NCBI RefSeq assembly: GCF_001194135.2
Contig: NC_069004.1
Span: forward strand, 13,850,613-13,914,293
From: Octopus bimaculoides
Lineage: Eukaryota
DNA length: 63,681 nt
Reading direction: 5' to 3'
The position numbers were made by a program, and so were the translations under genes. This document shows positions 1 to 13,549 of the stretch, in pieces (within the stretch, counting starts at the first letter, position 1; the number at the start of each line of letters is the position of its first letter). The notes below the pieces were generated by a model. The model saw only the letters and a list, made by a program, of their open reading frames with translations. It did not search any database and was not told where the DNA came from.

Positions 1-36
<36 letters not shown>

Positions 37-274
37 AATCAAAAATAAAAACAAAACAGCAAAAGTCAAAGGGATGTACACAGTGAATGCATTAGATTGA
101 TGCTCAGTTTAAGATGGAAAAGAGTGGGTGTGTAATGTACACACACACACAAGCGTACCTCAACTTACATCAGAAATTGGTTCCAAGACATGTAACTTGA
201 TTCAGAAAATGATAGAGCATGAAAAGTCATATCTTAAAATTTATTAGCTTATATTTTGTTTAATAAATGGTTTA

Positions 275-430
275 TTCTTTTATTCTTTCATTTGTTTCAC
301 TCATTTGACTGTAGCCATGTTGGAGCATTGCCTTGAAGGGTTTTAGTCGAACTAATTGACCCCAGTACTTATTTTGTTTTTATGCCTGGTACTTATTCTA
401 TTCATCTCTTTTGCAGAACTGAGCAGTGGT
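275..430 (-). mobile_element. SINE family B 3' fragment
   Basis: ttgactgtagccatgttggagcattgcc...ctggtacttattctat matches the family B tail. Confidence 0.7.
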
Positions 431-1742
431 TGGGGAACAAACATGGTCTAGATTACACACATTAAAATAACTCGAATTACGACACCCTTTCAATGAAATA
501 TAAAGCACCAGTGAAAATCAAACCTTGTGATACTTGCTTCCCTTAGTAAATACAAATCAAGTATAGACAAAGATGATTTTCTTAAAGTTTTTGCATTGCA
601 TTGCTGTAAATAGCAGTTGTATTAAATAAATGTAACCTGATTGTATTATTTCGTGTTGTGAATTTTCTTGAAAGATGTAATCAAATTTTATAAACAGTAC
701 AGTTTTTAGAGTTCTATTCAGCACCCCCATCTATCAAGATAGCCCTCACTAGTTGCAATTGGATGGATATGTGCCTAGGTCTAGATCACGCACACATTAA
801 AATAAAATTATGTGTAAACCAATTTTTGATTCTTGACACATTTTGGTGATAAAAATAATTAACACTTCCAATTTATTTGAAATAATTCTAGTTTTTAAAG
901 GAGTTGTACTTGCAGCAGGGAATGTCAAATGAATCCTTTGTTGTATTGTTTTTAAACACATTATACTTTGTTTGAAATGATGGCATGGTTTTTTCTATTT
1001 TTCAAAGATCTTAGTAATGCTCGGTACTTTAAAATTTAAAATTTTCAGTTTAACTGACTTAATCGTAACATAAGGGATGGATGCCTTTTGCCAAAGAAGA
1101 ATTATCTTTTCTGCTACAATTTTGACAATTTGTTTAACTGAAGGATCTTTCTTAACTACATTCTTTCTTTTTCTCGTTTAAATAAAACACATTTTAGTAC
1201 GTCCTTGTAAGTTGGCAAAACTTGCTTGCTAAGATCACATGGAGTACCAAATATTGGGCATTCAGTATAATGACGTGTTATTGGCTTATGAGTCATCACT
1301 AAAGGTAAACAACACTAAATTTAACACAATCGTTAATTTTAATACAAAGGCCTAAAGTCAAGGTACAAAGCAGAAAACTTCACACATGTACAACGTACGT
1401 CCACACACTACCATTGCAGCGGCACTGGAGAGAAGTTCACACTCCTGTTCTCTTTATAGTCAATGCAGAACCTCAAGCTATTAGTCAATTGTATTGAAAC
1501 TTGGTATGCAACCTCTTAAGGATACTATATTTACTGTTTTGCATTCTTCTATGTAGAAATATGTATTCATTTTGACTTATAATCCATGAAATCCAAAATT
1601 TGACCAAAAATAGTGATTTTTAAGATTTTCACTTGCGTTGCAGAGCCTGAAAAAAATATTTAACCACAAAGTTCTTTATTCACCCTTCTTTTAACCCTAA
1701 TTCACAACAAAATATCGATTCTTGGACAACATTGGTGGTGAC

Positions 1743-1909
1743 GTGTACATTTAAACACATAAGAGGTACCTGTCATAGGATTCCTTGCATGCTAGAAAGA
1801 GCAGCCAAAATACAAACCACTATTAGGGATAGTGGTTTGGAGTTTGGCTGCTCCTTCTAGCATGCAAAGAATCCTATGATGGGTACCTCTTATGTGTTTA
1901 AATGTACAC
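1743..1909. repeat. Fold-back palindrome: 81-bp arms, 5-nt loop
   Basis: Arms 1743-1823 and 1829-1909 are reverse complements with 6 mismatches. Confidence 0.9.
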
Positions 1910-1911
1910 TG

Positions 1912-2665
<754 letters not shown>

Positions 2666-3205
2666 TTAACAGTCATTGCCCTTGGTATGATTTGATCCCT
2701 CAATCCTTCATTAAAGCGGCTGATATGCTATAAATTAGTTCACTGATTGATCGCACACGTATTGACAATATATGTAACTGTGGCAATACAAGTTGTTCTT
2801 GTTATGCAACCATAGTCACAGGGATAGTAGCTGGCTCAGTAAAGTACTTTCATGGTTATTTCAGATTGTAGTCACTGCTTTCTCATTATGTGAGGGAGAA
2901 GAATATATTATCTAAAGTTTAGAATTAAACTAAATAACACTTATGAAACTACTAAGGAATTAGTTGAGAGTAGTATGGCTGTGAATGCAATCAGATTGAA
3001 TGACTGCACAAAAACTTACTCCCTGGGTCATGGGAAGGAATGGCAGGAGGGGATTGGTCTCTGTTTCAACCCTATCAGCATTCAGCCCTGAGTATGGGGA
3101 GATAACTAATACCTGTAACAGTTTCACATTCAGAATGCATAAAAATGCACATCTCAAATAAAATCAAACTGATTGAAAACTACTAAATAGAAACACTTAA
3201 AATCT

Positions 3206-3428
3206 TAAGGTGGCGAGCTGGCAGAAACGTTAGCTTGCCAGGCGAAATGCTTAGCGGTATTTTGTATGTCGCTACGTTCTGAGTTCAAATTCCGCCAAGG
3301 TTGACTTTGTTTTTCATCCTTTCGGGGTCGATAAATTAAGTACCAGTTACGCACTGGGGACGATGTAATCGACTTGATCCCTTGTTTCTCCCCTCTATGT
3401 TTAGCCCCTTGTGGGCAATAAAGAAATA
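3206..3428 (+). mobile_element. tRNA-derived SINE, family A (my label), with TSD
   Basis: Head ggtggcgagctggcagaa, box B gagttcaaatt, (AAGAAAT)n tail. Exact 17-bp TSD agaaacacttaaaatct at 3189-3205 and 3429-3445. Confidence 0.88.
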
Positions 3429-3865
3429 AGAAACACTTAAAATCTGAGATTATTATCTGGAATTGGCAACCTGTGAATCTAACTTCAATGTTGCATCACT
3501 ACAAGCATCAGCCGACTGGGAACCACAATTTCATTTGAGACATCGTTATATTCTTTCATTTAAACTCTTACTTCTTCAACTGATTTTAAGTTACCTGTTG
3601 ATCATCATCATCATCTAAAATTTGCAATACCTCACAAGCTGTAAGCAATTTATGTCTTTATGTCGTGACGTGAACTACACTGGAAGTGTTTGGGTGCATT
3701 GAACTTTGTAGTAAAAAAATTGCTCGTAAAAGCTATTTAAAGCAACAAAACATATACAACGCTAAAAATAATAGCATGTAAATACTGAGCTGAAAAAAAC
3801 CCTTTTGGATAGAAAAAAACCGAGGGCTACTTTTGGCTTTAGATACTATCATTTTTCTATAGCTT

Positions 3866-4204
3866 AATGAATGGTAAGTTGGCAGAATTGTTAGCATGCC
3901 AGGCAAAATGCTTAGAGGCATTTCGTCTATCTTTACATTTTGAGTTCACATTCTGCCACAGTTGACTTTGCCTTTCATCCTTTTGGGGTTGATAAAGTAA
4001 GTACCACTTGAATGCTGGGGTCAGTAAAGTAATTACCAGTTGAATGCTGGGGTTGACAAAGTAAGTACCAGTTGAATGTTGGGGGGGGGCAATAAAATGA
4101 GTACTAGTTGAACATTGGGGTTGATAAAATAAGTACCAGTTGAATGCTGGGATTGACTTACCACTCCCCTAAAATTGCTGGTCTCATGCCAAAATTTGAA
4201 ACCA
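3866..4204 (+). mobile_element. SINE family A with internal ~31-bp tandem expansion
   Basis: Same head and body as 3206. The unit aagtaccagttgaatgctggggttgat repeats about 5 times at ~3990-4150. Confidence 0.8.
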
Positions 4205-4334
4205 GTATTTATAGCCTTATGCGTGCTTCAAGATCCACTGTTACAAAAAGGAATTATTTCACATTCTTTCAAAGTTCACAAATTCTTACGACATCAACAA
4301 AATTCAAAGCAATATCTAAAACACTGCTATCTAT

Positions 4335-4660
4335 ATGCTGAGGCCCACTTCGGTCATGACTGACCATGGGATTGCACCTAGAAAGTTACCCTCCCAGGCA
4401 CAAGTCCGGGCAAGTTGTTTTTTATGGAAGACCAGCAGTCGCCCATGCATACCGATCTCCCCTCTCCACGTCACCAGTGTTATCCAAGGGAAAGGGAAAG
4501 ATTGATACGTTGCAACTCATTTCTACAGCTGAGTGAACTGGAGCAACGTGAAATGAAGTGTCTTGCTCAAGAACACAACATGCAGCCCAGTCGGGGATTC
4601 AAACTCACAACCTCACGATCGTAAGCTCGACGCTCTAACCACTGAGCCATGCGCCTTCAC
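4335..4660 (-). mobile_element. tRNA-Arg-like SINE family E (CORE-like body)
   Basis: Head ggcgcatggctcagtggttagagcgtcgagcttACGatcgtgaggttgtgagtttgaatccc (box A, box B, ACG anticodon), then tgtgttcttgagcaagacactt...tgctccagttcactcagc. Confidence 0.85.
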
Positions 4661-5019
4661 TTATCTACCTACATGCAGACATTTGTAAATGGTCTAACTC
4701 TGCAATGATGACCTATATTTATTTTGGATTAGCTGGTTGTTTCTAGTTTCACCAGATTTTAATTTGGGGTTTTCCAACTCCAACTACATCAATGAGGAAT
4801 TCGGCTGAGCATCTTTCCTAGTAAACTACAAGTACGACCCAAGTGCCATTAGACACAGAAAGTTTGTTGAGGTAAGCTTTAGCTGTAAGACTGAGAAGGT
4901 TGAAGAATTCTGAGGAATTACAGGGATGGCAATTCAACTGAGTAGAAACAATTTGGGTCATGAAAGTAAAACGATAATGATTACATAGCATAGATTATAT
5001 TTTGAAAATTTGGTTTGAA

Positions 5020-5600
5020 TCATCATCATCATCATGAACATTTAAGCATTTAACATGCTGGCATGGATTGGACAGCTTGACAAGAACTGGCAAGGCCAGG
5101 GGTTGCACCAGGTTCCATAGTCTGTTTTGGCTTGGTTTCTATGGGTGGTTGCCCTTCCTAATGTCAGCCACTTTACACAGTGTACTGGGTGCGTTTTACT
5201 TAGCACCACCACCAGTGCTTTTTATGTGGCACCATCACCAGTGCTTTTTATGTGGCACCATCATCAATGCTTTTTATGTGGCACCATAATCAATGCTTTT
5301 TATGTGGCACTATCACCAGTGCTTTTTATGTGGCACCATCATCAATGCTTTTTATGTGGGACCATCACCACTGCTTTTTATGTGGCACCATTACCAGTGC
5401 TTTTTATGTGGCACCACCACCAGTGCTTTTTATGTGGCACCATTACCAGTGCTTTTTATGTGGCACCCCCACCAGTGCTTTTTATGTGGAACCACCACCA
5501 GTGCATTTTATGTGGCACCACCACCAGTGCTTTTTATGTGGCACCTACACCAGTGCTTTTTACATAGTACCAGCACCCACACCAATGCTTTTTATGTGGC
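5020..5600 (-). mobile_element. SINE family D with 26-bp minisatellite (about 15 copies, 5200-5600)
   Basis: (CAT)n, then catgctggcatgg...gcccttcctaatg, then the unit tttttatgtggcaccatcaccagtgc at 26-bp spacing (5219, 5245, 5271...). Confidence 0.8.
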
Positions 5601-5716
5601 ACTTTGGTTTTAGGATCTCAATTCTGTTGTGGTGGTTGGGTCTTCTTGGGTATAGTTTGAAAATTGCAGAAATTCTCACAAATATTTATGAGATATTGGT
5701 ACCAAGTTATACTTAC

Positions 5717-5854
5717 TTTGTGCTTGCGCATCTCTTGGATCTATTTTCAACTTTGACTTATCTTCCCATTGAACTGAGGCATCGGGAACTAAAACACCAT
5801 TGCAATCCAAGAATGACATGGTAAGAATGGCACCTTTTAGCCTGAATATGGTTC
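5717..5854 (-). CDS. STXBP5: Tomosyn exon, 138 nt, phase 1 to 1
   Basis: Acceptor gttttttgcag|, donor a|gtaagt. Encodes (G)TIFRLKGAILTMSFLDCNGVLVPDASVQWEDKSKLKIDPRDAQAQ; compare vertebrate GTILRLKGAILRMAFLD. Confidence 0.95.
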
Positions 5855-6217
5855 CTGCAAAAAACCCAGAAATACTCTTTTACTGAAGTTTGTGGTCTTT
5901 CAATGTAGATATGTATATGTATGTGTATATTATATATATATGTGTGTGTATGTGTATATGTCTATATATCTCTGTATATATATGTATATATATGTGTGTG
6001 TGTGTATATGTCTATATATCTCTGTATATATATGTATATATGTGTGTGTGTGTGGATATATATGTATATTTTTTAAAACTAAATCTTGTCACATTTTTTT
6101 TTTTTTATTATATCTAGTCATATTTTTTGCTATGCCTTGTTATTTTGTTATACACAGAAAACGGTCAAGGAAGTTTTAAAAACAGAGGCTTGAAATAGTT
6201 AATAAAAGAAAACTCAC

Positions 6218-6337
6218 CACTTGGAGATACAATGACAGGCTGGAAATTTCTTTGTTCTTGCGAAGGAAGATTAAGTACAATGACTAAGACGGATCCTAAA
6301 CTGGTGCCGACCCATAAACAAGGACAGGTGTAACTAT
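6218..6337 (-). CDS. STXBP5: Tomosyn exon, 120 nt, phase 1 to 1
   Basis: Acceptor ttgccag|, donor g|gtgagt. Encodes (D)SYTCPCLWVGTSLGSVLVIVLNLPSQEQRNFQPVIVSPS; compare vertebrate PCLWVGTTLGTVLVIALNLP...QPVIVSPSG. Confidence 0.96.
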
Positions 6338-6492
6338 CTGGCAATTGGAAACAAAGAAAAAACTGCTTATACAAGAGTTATTTTACAGTTTGTTATAAGG
6401 CATTGGGAGTATGAGTAATGTACATACATACACACACACACACATATAAATACATATATTTGTATGCATGTATACATACACACACACACACA

Positions 6493-6685
6493 CACATCAT
6501 CATCATTGTTTAACATCTGGTTTCCATGCTGGCATGACTCGGATAGTTTGACAATCTGATGAGCCACAGGGCTGCATTATGCTCCATATCAGCTTTGGTA
6601 TGATTTCTTCAGCTGGATGCTCTTCCTAATGCCAACTACTTTACAGTGTGTACTTGGTGCTTTTTTCATGCCACTAGCACTACAC
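6493..6685 (-). mobile_element. SINE family D
   Basis: catcatcattgtttaacatctggtttccatgctggcatg...cagctggatgctcttcctaatgccaac. Confidence 0.75.
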
Positions 6686-7012
6686 ACACGTGGATAGTAA
6701 ATATTCTGTGTACAGTTAGATATGTGACTGTTACTGTTGATTTTAGATCTCCACACACAGAATCATCGTCCTGTATTATGGGTCCGTTCAGCTGTCTTAA
6801 CAAAGTATGGTGATAGCTCTCTGCTACTCGAGGTCAGCATTTTGTTTGTGAGTGCAGTGAATAAAAATGAAATGAAAACACTTGTGGGAGAAATTCAAAG
6901 GGGAATTCATCAAGAGTTATGTCCTGGGCTTAAAAAGCTTGAGTGCCTTCAGAATGTGAGGAATAAGTGCCTGGGAAGTTTTCTGTTCATGCCCACATGA
7001 AAGAAAATATCA

Positions 7013-7290
7013 TCAACATCATTTAACATCCATTGTCCAAGCTGACAAGCTGGGGTGCTGCACCAGACTTCAGTTCAATTTGGCATGGTTTCTACAGCTG
7101 GATGCCCTTCCTAACACTAACCATTTTACAAAGTGACCTGGGTGTTTTTATGTGGTGTGACATGAGCACTTTTATGTGGCACTGCACAGATGCTTTATGT
7201 GGTGTTGCATGAGTGCTTTTACATGGCATTGCACAGGTACTTTTACATGATTCCACATGGGTGCTGACGCTTTTATGTGGCACTTCCATG
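7013..7290 (-). mobile_element. SINE family D with degenerate tttatgtggcac repeats
   Basis: cagctggatgcccttcctaac followed by several tttatgtgg units. Confidence 0.7.
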
Positions 7291-7843
7291 ATTGCTTTAC
7301 ACCATCAGAAGAACTGGTTTTAACGCTTCTGCTGCAGCATATGGGTCTGAAGTGTTAAGACCAGTCCTTCTGAATATCTGCAGACTGCACCTTGATAAAC
7401 ATTAGGGCTTCCACCATCAGTACTTGTCACCACCACTGTTTGAGAGGTCATCATAATGTTTATCACACCTAACTTTACAAATACATACATACATATTCAC
7501 ATTTGATTTTAAGACTTGAATTCCTCACCATTTCCTCCTCCCACATCCCCATCTCCTGCACACAGACACATCGATCCTACACTGCACACAAGCTGCAGCC
7601 CCCATCTTTGCAAGCAGTTACCTCTTCACACTGTGGGGGCACTCTGACTTTTGTGCAAGCGACATAACTTTTAATGAACTCTGCCTCAGAAGTCTCCCAT
7701 GAGTGTTTTCATTTTGTTTTTATTCACAACACTCACAAACCAGATGAGACACTTCCTGATCTGCAGCAGTAGAGAGCCATTGTGGTACTTTTCATATTAG
7801 ATCCTCTGATGACTATTGCCTTAGGTTCTTCCCTAACTCATAC

Positions 7844-8060
7844 TCTCTTTTACTCTTTTACTTGTTTCAGTCACTTGACTGCAGCCATGCTGGAGCACTG
7901 CCTTTAGTCGAGCAAATCGACCCTAGGACTCATTCTTTGTAAGCCTAGTACTTATTTTATCGGTCTCTTTTGCTGAACCGTTAAGTTACGGGGACGTAAG
8001 CATACCAGCATCAGTTGTCAAGCGAAGTTGGGGGGGACAAACACAGACACACAAACATAT

Positions 8061-8113
<53 letters not shown>

Positions 8114-8279
8114 TATACGACGTGCTTCTTTCAATTTCCATCTACCAAATCCACTCACAAGGCTTTGGTCGGCCTGAGGCTATAGTAGAAGTCACTAGCC
8201 CAAGGTGCCACGTAACGGGACTGACCCTGGAACCATGTGGTTGGTAAGCAAGCTACTTACCATACAGCCACTCCTGCAC
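7844..8279 (-). mobile_element. tRNA-derived SINE family B (CORE-like body, internal TA/TG microsatellite)
   Basis: Head gcaggagtggctgtatggtaag, ggcaccttgggc...cttctactatagcc, tail gactgaaacaagtaaaagag. Confidence 0.85.
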
Positions 8280-8765
8280 CTATGTGCAAAACTCATTGTA
8301 AAATCAGCTGAAATGGAGCTATAGTATAGAATAAATATTAATATACTCACTGTATTTGCTTGTTCTTTTTCTGGATATATATATGTATATAAATGCATGT
8401 ATATATATTTACACACATGCTTTTTTCTCTTTCTTTCTGTCTGTAATAATGTGTGTTAACACATGCCCAACATATTTCATTTGGTATATATTTACACCTA
8501 TTTCTCTCATTAATAATACTTCTGACAATTTACATATATCACTGCTCCAGCATGACCAGAAACAACACTGGTGTAAATCAACAAGTGGAGACCAAGAGCT
8601 GGCAAACACACATCTAGATATTTTCCCACCATCAGTCATCTTTAGCTGGAACAGGCTATATAAAATAGTCACATCTATCTCAGTCAAGCCATTAATATTT
8701 ACTTACAAAACTTAAGTAACAACAACAACAGCAACAGCAGCAGTAACATATATAAAAGCACCAAC

Positions 8766-8885
8766 CTGTTTTTCTTGTATATGAATCAGAAAATTTGAGA
8801 CACTGGATTGCTTCTTTGGAAACATTTTCGAGACTGGACATACTGGAGCTTCTCGACCGAGAGAATGAGGATCCATCATTTTTAT
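8766..8885 (-). CDS. STXBP5: Tomosyn exon, 120 nt, phase 1 to 1
   Basis: Acceptor catgttacag|, donor cag|gttggt. Encodes (D)KNDGSSFSRSRSSSMSSLENVSKEAIQCLKFSDSYTRKT, the tomosyn SFSRSRSSS signature. Confidence 0.95.
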
Positions 8886-9114
8886 CTGTAACATGTAATA
8901 CAGTTTAGAGATTAATTTGGAGTTATTTGATGCATAAAGATTTCAAATCCAAATAGCTTAAGTGTCAGTCTTGTCACAAGTCTGTATATCAGAGATAAAT
9001 CACTACCGGTTCTCTCTTGCACTGAATACACTGAGAGCTAATTTTTCAACTTCTATCTGAGCTATATGTTGTATTACGTATATCCACTAATAGCTTTCAT
9101 TTGCCATGGTAATC

Positions 9115-9330
9115 CCTCATCCTCATCTTATGCCTCATTTTCCATGCCAGTAAGGTTTGGATAGTTTGACAGGATCAGGCAAACGACAGAGCTGTGCTGA
9201 GCTCCAGTATAAGCTTTGGTATATCTTCTATGGCTAGGTGCCTTTTCTAATGCCCACCACCTTATGCTTTTTATATGGCACCAGCACTAGTGAGGTCACC
9301 AAGCAAGTCACAAGACAGAAAAGAATGAGA
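9115..9330 (-). mobile_element. SINE family D
   Basis: ttttccatgccagtaaggtttggatagtttgacagg...ggtgccttttctaatgccc...ttatatggcacc. Confidence 0.65.
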
Positions 9331-9466
9331 GAATGAGAAAAACCTCATAACTGCGTGTGAGGGTATGAGTAAGAGGAAGTTAGACCAGGTGCTGAAAGGC
9401 TAAAGTATGACAGAAGGACAAGATCAGGTGTCTTCCTATAGAGTACATAAATTAATACACTAAGTA

Positions 9467-10727
9467 TTGGGTCATCTCATGAATAATGCAGTTTTTCAAT
9501 TGCATGAACTAAAACTCAGAGGGGAACGGGATAAACTACCTACATCAACTTACTATAAAAGCAGGTAATAATTTTACTTTGTACTTATTACTAGTGCAAG
9601 TTTTGAAGAGTGCAGTTCAATTTTAACAGTTATTTTTCAAAGCTATAATGGAAGTGACAAAGGAGCATACTCGGTATGTTTTGCTTTATGAGTTCAATAA
9701 AGGCAACGCTGCAATGGAATGTGAGAGGAATATTAATGCAGTATATGGGGATTGGACAATAAGCATAAGCCAGTGTCAACGATGGTTCCAGAAATTCCAA
9801 GCTGGAAACTAAGGTCTAGAAGACGTGCCTCATCCTGGAAGATCTGTAGAGCTCCTCAAGGACATCCTGCAAATCCTGGTGGAACAAAATCTCATTGTAA
9901 CTGTTGAGGAACTAGCAGAGAAGCTTGGATCTGGTCAGTCAACCAGACACCTGTGTGCCATCGGACAAGTCAGCAAATTGGGTCAATGGGTTCCTCACAA
10001 ACTTTCCGAGTCTAATCGTGTGCAGAGAGTGAAAGTGTGCTCTTCTTTGCTGTCATGTCTCATGAATGAACCTTTTTTTGGACTAAATGGTGATTGGTGA
10101 TGAGAAATGGGTTCTCTATAAAAATGTCAAGCACTGAAGACAGTGGGTAGGGAAAGGAGAAACAACAGCACCCCAGGCTAAAGAAGGTCTTCACCCACAT
10201 AATGTGTTATCTGTTTCGTGGGCTATGNNNNNNNNNNACTTTTAAACCCAAACCAAACGATAACAAAGGAGATCTACTGCAAGCAGCTTGAGTGGCTTAA
10301 GTCAGCACCAAAAGAAAAAGAACCATCTTTGGTTTCATGATAAAAGGTGTTCTTTCATCAGGGTAATACTTGGCCACATACAACGAGGGTGACTTTCCAA
10401 AGGCTGGAGCAGTTTTAATGGGAAACGATGCCCCACCCACAATATTCACTGGACATTGCCACATCTGATTAACATTTATTCCCTATTGTTCAAAATCATT
10501 TGGAAAAAATATGAATTCTGTAGATGAAGTCAGAACAGTACTGGAGGAATATTTTTTGTCACAGAAAAGTGTATTTTCGAAGAGGGGCCTTGCAAGTCTA
10601 CCAGATAGGTGGAAGAGCATTGTAGAATATGAAGGAGAGTATATTTTAGATTAAAAAAGAACTTTGTTTATCTTAATTTTGAAAAATAAAAGTATAAAAA
10701 TACCACATTATTTATGGGATGACCCAA
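9467..10727 (+). mobile_element. Full-length, inactivated mariner (DD34D) transposon
   Basis: About 30-bp TIRs (ttgggtcatctcatgaataatg / cattatttatgggatgacccaa) flanked by TA at 9465-66 and 10728-29. Broken transposase 9648-10654: MEVTKEH...WFQKF, GDEKWVLY, HQGNTWPH (second D lost), YSLDIATSD*HLF. Small N-gap inside. Confidence 0.92.
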
Positions 10728-12675
10728 TAATTTTATATTCCTTAATGTGCACAAATATAACTGCGGTATGCACTGATTGAAACCATGTAGACAAAATCAA
10801 ATGAAAAACACAGTTAATATTCAATCATTGCAAAATATTCTAGGTGGTACTTATAATAACAATTCCAGACACTAGTAAGATAGTCAAGTAGAAATGTAGA
10901 AGAACTGCCAACTACTGCACTAGCAACTGTTTTAATAGGGACATTTTCAAAAGTTTAATGTCCAGAATTATTCTAAGATGGTACCTTTCTAAATGGTGCT
11001 GCATTAAGGAATACATTAAAGCTATTAAATGTCTAAAATGAGTTGTCAGTCAGAAAATAGTTCTCCTGGCTATCAACCTTATCTTTACAGTGTATATTGT
11101 GAATATTTACAACATTTATGTGTACATTAAATGTGTGTGCTTGTGGGTATATATATATGTATGTATGTACATATATATGTATGTATATACATATATATAT
11201 ATATATGTATGTATGTATGTGTATATGTGTGGGTGTGTATACATACACACACATCATAAATACACTCTACAGACAAGGTTAATAGTTTGGAAAATTACAA
11301 CATCAAAGTTACTTTTTCTTATGTGATTTTTAAGACAAAAAACATTATTAACTATCTGGTTCACTAGTTTACTGTCCATTCATGTAATTATTTGTCCAGT
11401 AAACACATGGATTATATTGTCGTGGAGCAACCAGTTTCACTGAATGGTCACAGATGAAGTTTTCTTCTTCCATAACTGCTCATGTAATTCTTAACAGTTG
11501 GTTGTATTTATATTTATTAAGCACAAAACTTTAAAAGAAAACCAAGAAATTAATTCAGTATTCAAATCAAATGAACCAACTTATTCAATGCCTTCAACNN
11601 NNNNNNNNNNNNNNNNNNNNNNNNNNNNNNNNNNNNNNNNNNNNNNNNNNNNNNNNNNNNNNNNNNNNNNNNNNNNNNNNNNNNNNNNNNNNNNNNNNNN
11701 NNNNNNNNNNNNNNNNNNNNNNNNNNNNNNNNNNNNNNNNNNNNNNNNNNNNNNNNNNNNNNNNNNNNNNNNNNNNNNNNNNNNNNNNNNNNNNNNNNNN
11801 NNNNNNNNNNNNNNNNNNNNNNNNNNNNNNNNNNNNNNNNNNNNNNNNNNNNNNNNNNNNNNNNNNNNNNNNNNNNNNNNNNNNNNNNNNNNNNNNNNNN
11901 NNNNNNNNNNNNNNNNNNNNNNNNNNNNNNNNNNNNNNNNNNNNNNNNNNNNNNNNNNNNNNNNNNNNNNNNNNNNNNNNNNNNNNNNNNNNNNNNNNNN
12001 NNNNNNNNNNNNNNNNNNNNNNNNNNNNNNNNNNNNNNNNNNNNNNNNNNNNNNNNNNNNNNNNNNNNNNNNNNNNNNNNNNNNNNNNNNNNNNNNNNNN
12101 NNNNNNNNNNNNNNNNNNNNNNNNNNNNNNNNNNNNNNNNNNNNNNNNNNNNNNNNNNNNNNNNNNNNNNNNNNNNNNNNNNNNNNNNNNNNNNNNNNNN
12201 NNNNNNNNNNNNNNNNNNNNNNNNNNNNNNNNNNNNNNNNNNNNNNNNNNNNNNNNNNNNNNNNNNNNNNNNNNNNNNNNNNNNNNNNNNNNNNNNNNNN
12301 NNNNNNNNNNNNNNNNNNNNNNNNNNNNNNNNNNNNNNNNNNNNNNNNNNNNNNNNNNNNNNNNNNNNNNNNNNNNNNNNNNNNNNNNNNNNNNNNNNNN
12401 NNNNNNNNNNNNNNNNNNNNNNNNNNNAAAAAAAAAAAAAAAAAACATATATGGTAACAGACATTTTCTTCAGATTCTTTCTAGGAAAATCCCAGATTTC
12501 ATGTTAAATGGCTTAGATGGATTATAAGACCAAATCAGTTGTATTAGATTAACAACAGAACATTCATTTGGGAGACTACAGGCATGGTACGAAAAAAACA
12601 AATTAGAGAATCATAAATGGTAAATTGTGAAGTGAGGAGAGACTGAAGTCATATGCATGTGTAAATGTAGACACA

Positions 12676-12713
<38 letters not shown>

Positions 12714-13141
12714 TACATACATGTGTTTTATCAATTTCAATCATTCTTATTTGGTTAATTTCATGTCAACATTTTTTTTTGTAGCAGATTTCAGTAAAAC
12801 AATTAGGCAACCAATCTAATTAATTAATATCAGAAAAGAATATAGAATGATAAACTGATATCCCCATCATTCGATAAAACATCTGAAATATGCTATCAAT
12901 ATCATAAAAAAGGAAAAGGAAACCAAAAAGGCAAATATATAATTGCATTTGAAAACATTGCTTTTTTTTTTTGTAACACAAATACATTGTTAGAGTATGT
13001 ATTACTTCCATACACCAGTGGATTTTAATCAATATATTAGTGGACTTTAAAATCAATACACCAGTAGATTTTAATCAATATTCTAGTGGTTTACATTTAG
13101 AAGTGAAAAAAGCTTCAAGGAATATAAAAATTCATTTAATG

Positions 13142-13549
13142 GTGTAAATGTGGTTGTGTGGTAAGAAGTTTGCTTCCCAACCATGTGGTTCTGGGCTCAG
13201 TCGTACTGCGTGGCACCTTGGGCATGTGTCTTCTACTATAGCCTTGAGCTGACCAAAGCCTTGTGAGTAGATTTGGTAGACAGGAACTGGAAGAAATCTG
13301 TCACATATATATATTTATGTATCTATGTGTGTATGTCTTTTTTTGTCCTCCCACCACTGCTTGACAACCAGTGTTGGTGTATTCAGATCTCTATAACTTA
13401 GTGATTCAGCAAAAGAGACTGATAGAATAAGTATCAGGATTTAAAAAAGAAAGTAAGTACTGGGGTTGATTAGCTCGACTAAAATGCTTCAAGGCAGTGC
13501 TCCAGCATGGCTGCAGTCTAATGACTGAAACAAGTAAAAGATAAAAGAT
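13142..13549 (+). mobile_element. SINE family B
   Basis: Same head, internal microsatellite and tail as 7844-8279, opposite strand. Confidence 0.85.

Noticed and set aside
5068-5824. Plus-strand ORFs of 146-190 aa with repeating MWHHHQCFLCGT units
   Set aside because: They are the translation of the 26-bp minisatellite (78-bp period). The 3' end overlaps a real minus-strand tomosyn exon.
11498-12527. Long ORFs of X residues (also at about 16.5, 18.8, 19.7, 30.3 and 32.8 kb)
   Set aside because: They span assembly N-gaps. The gaps could still hide small exons.
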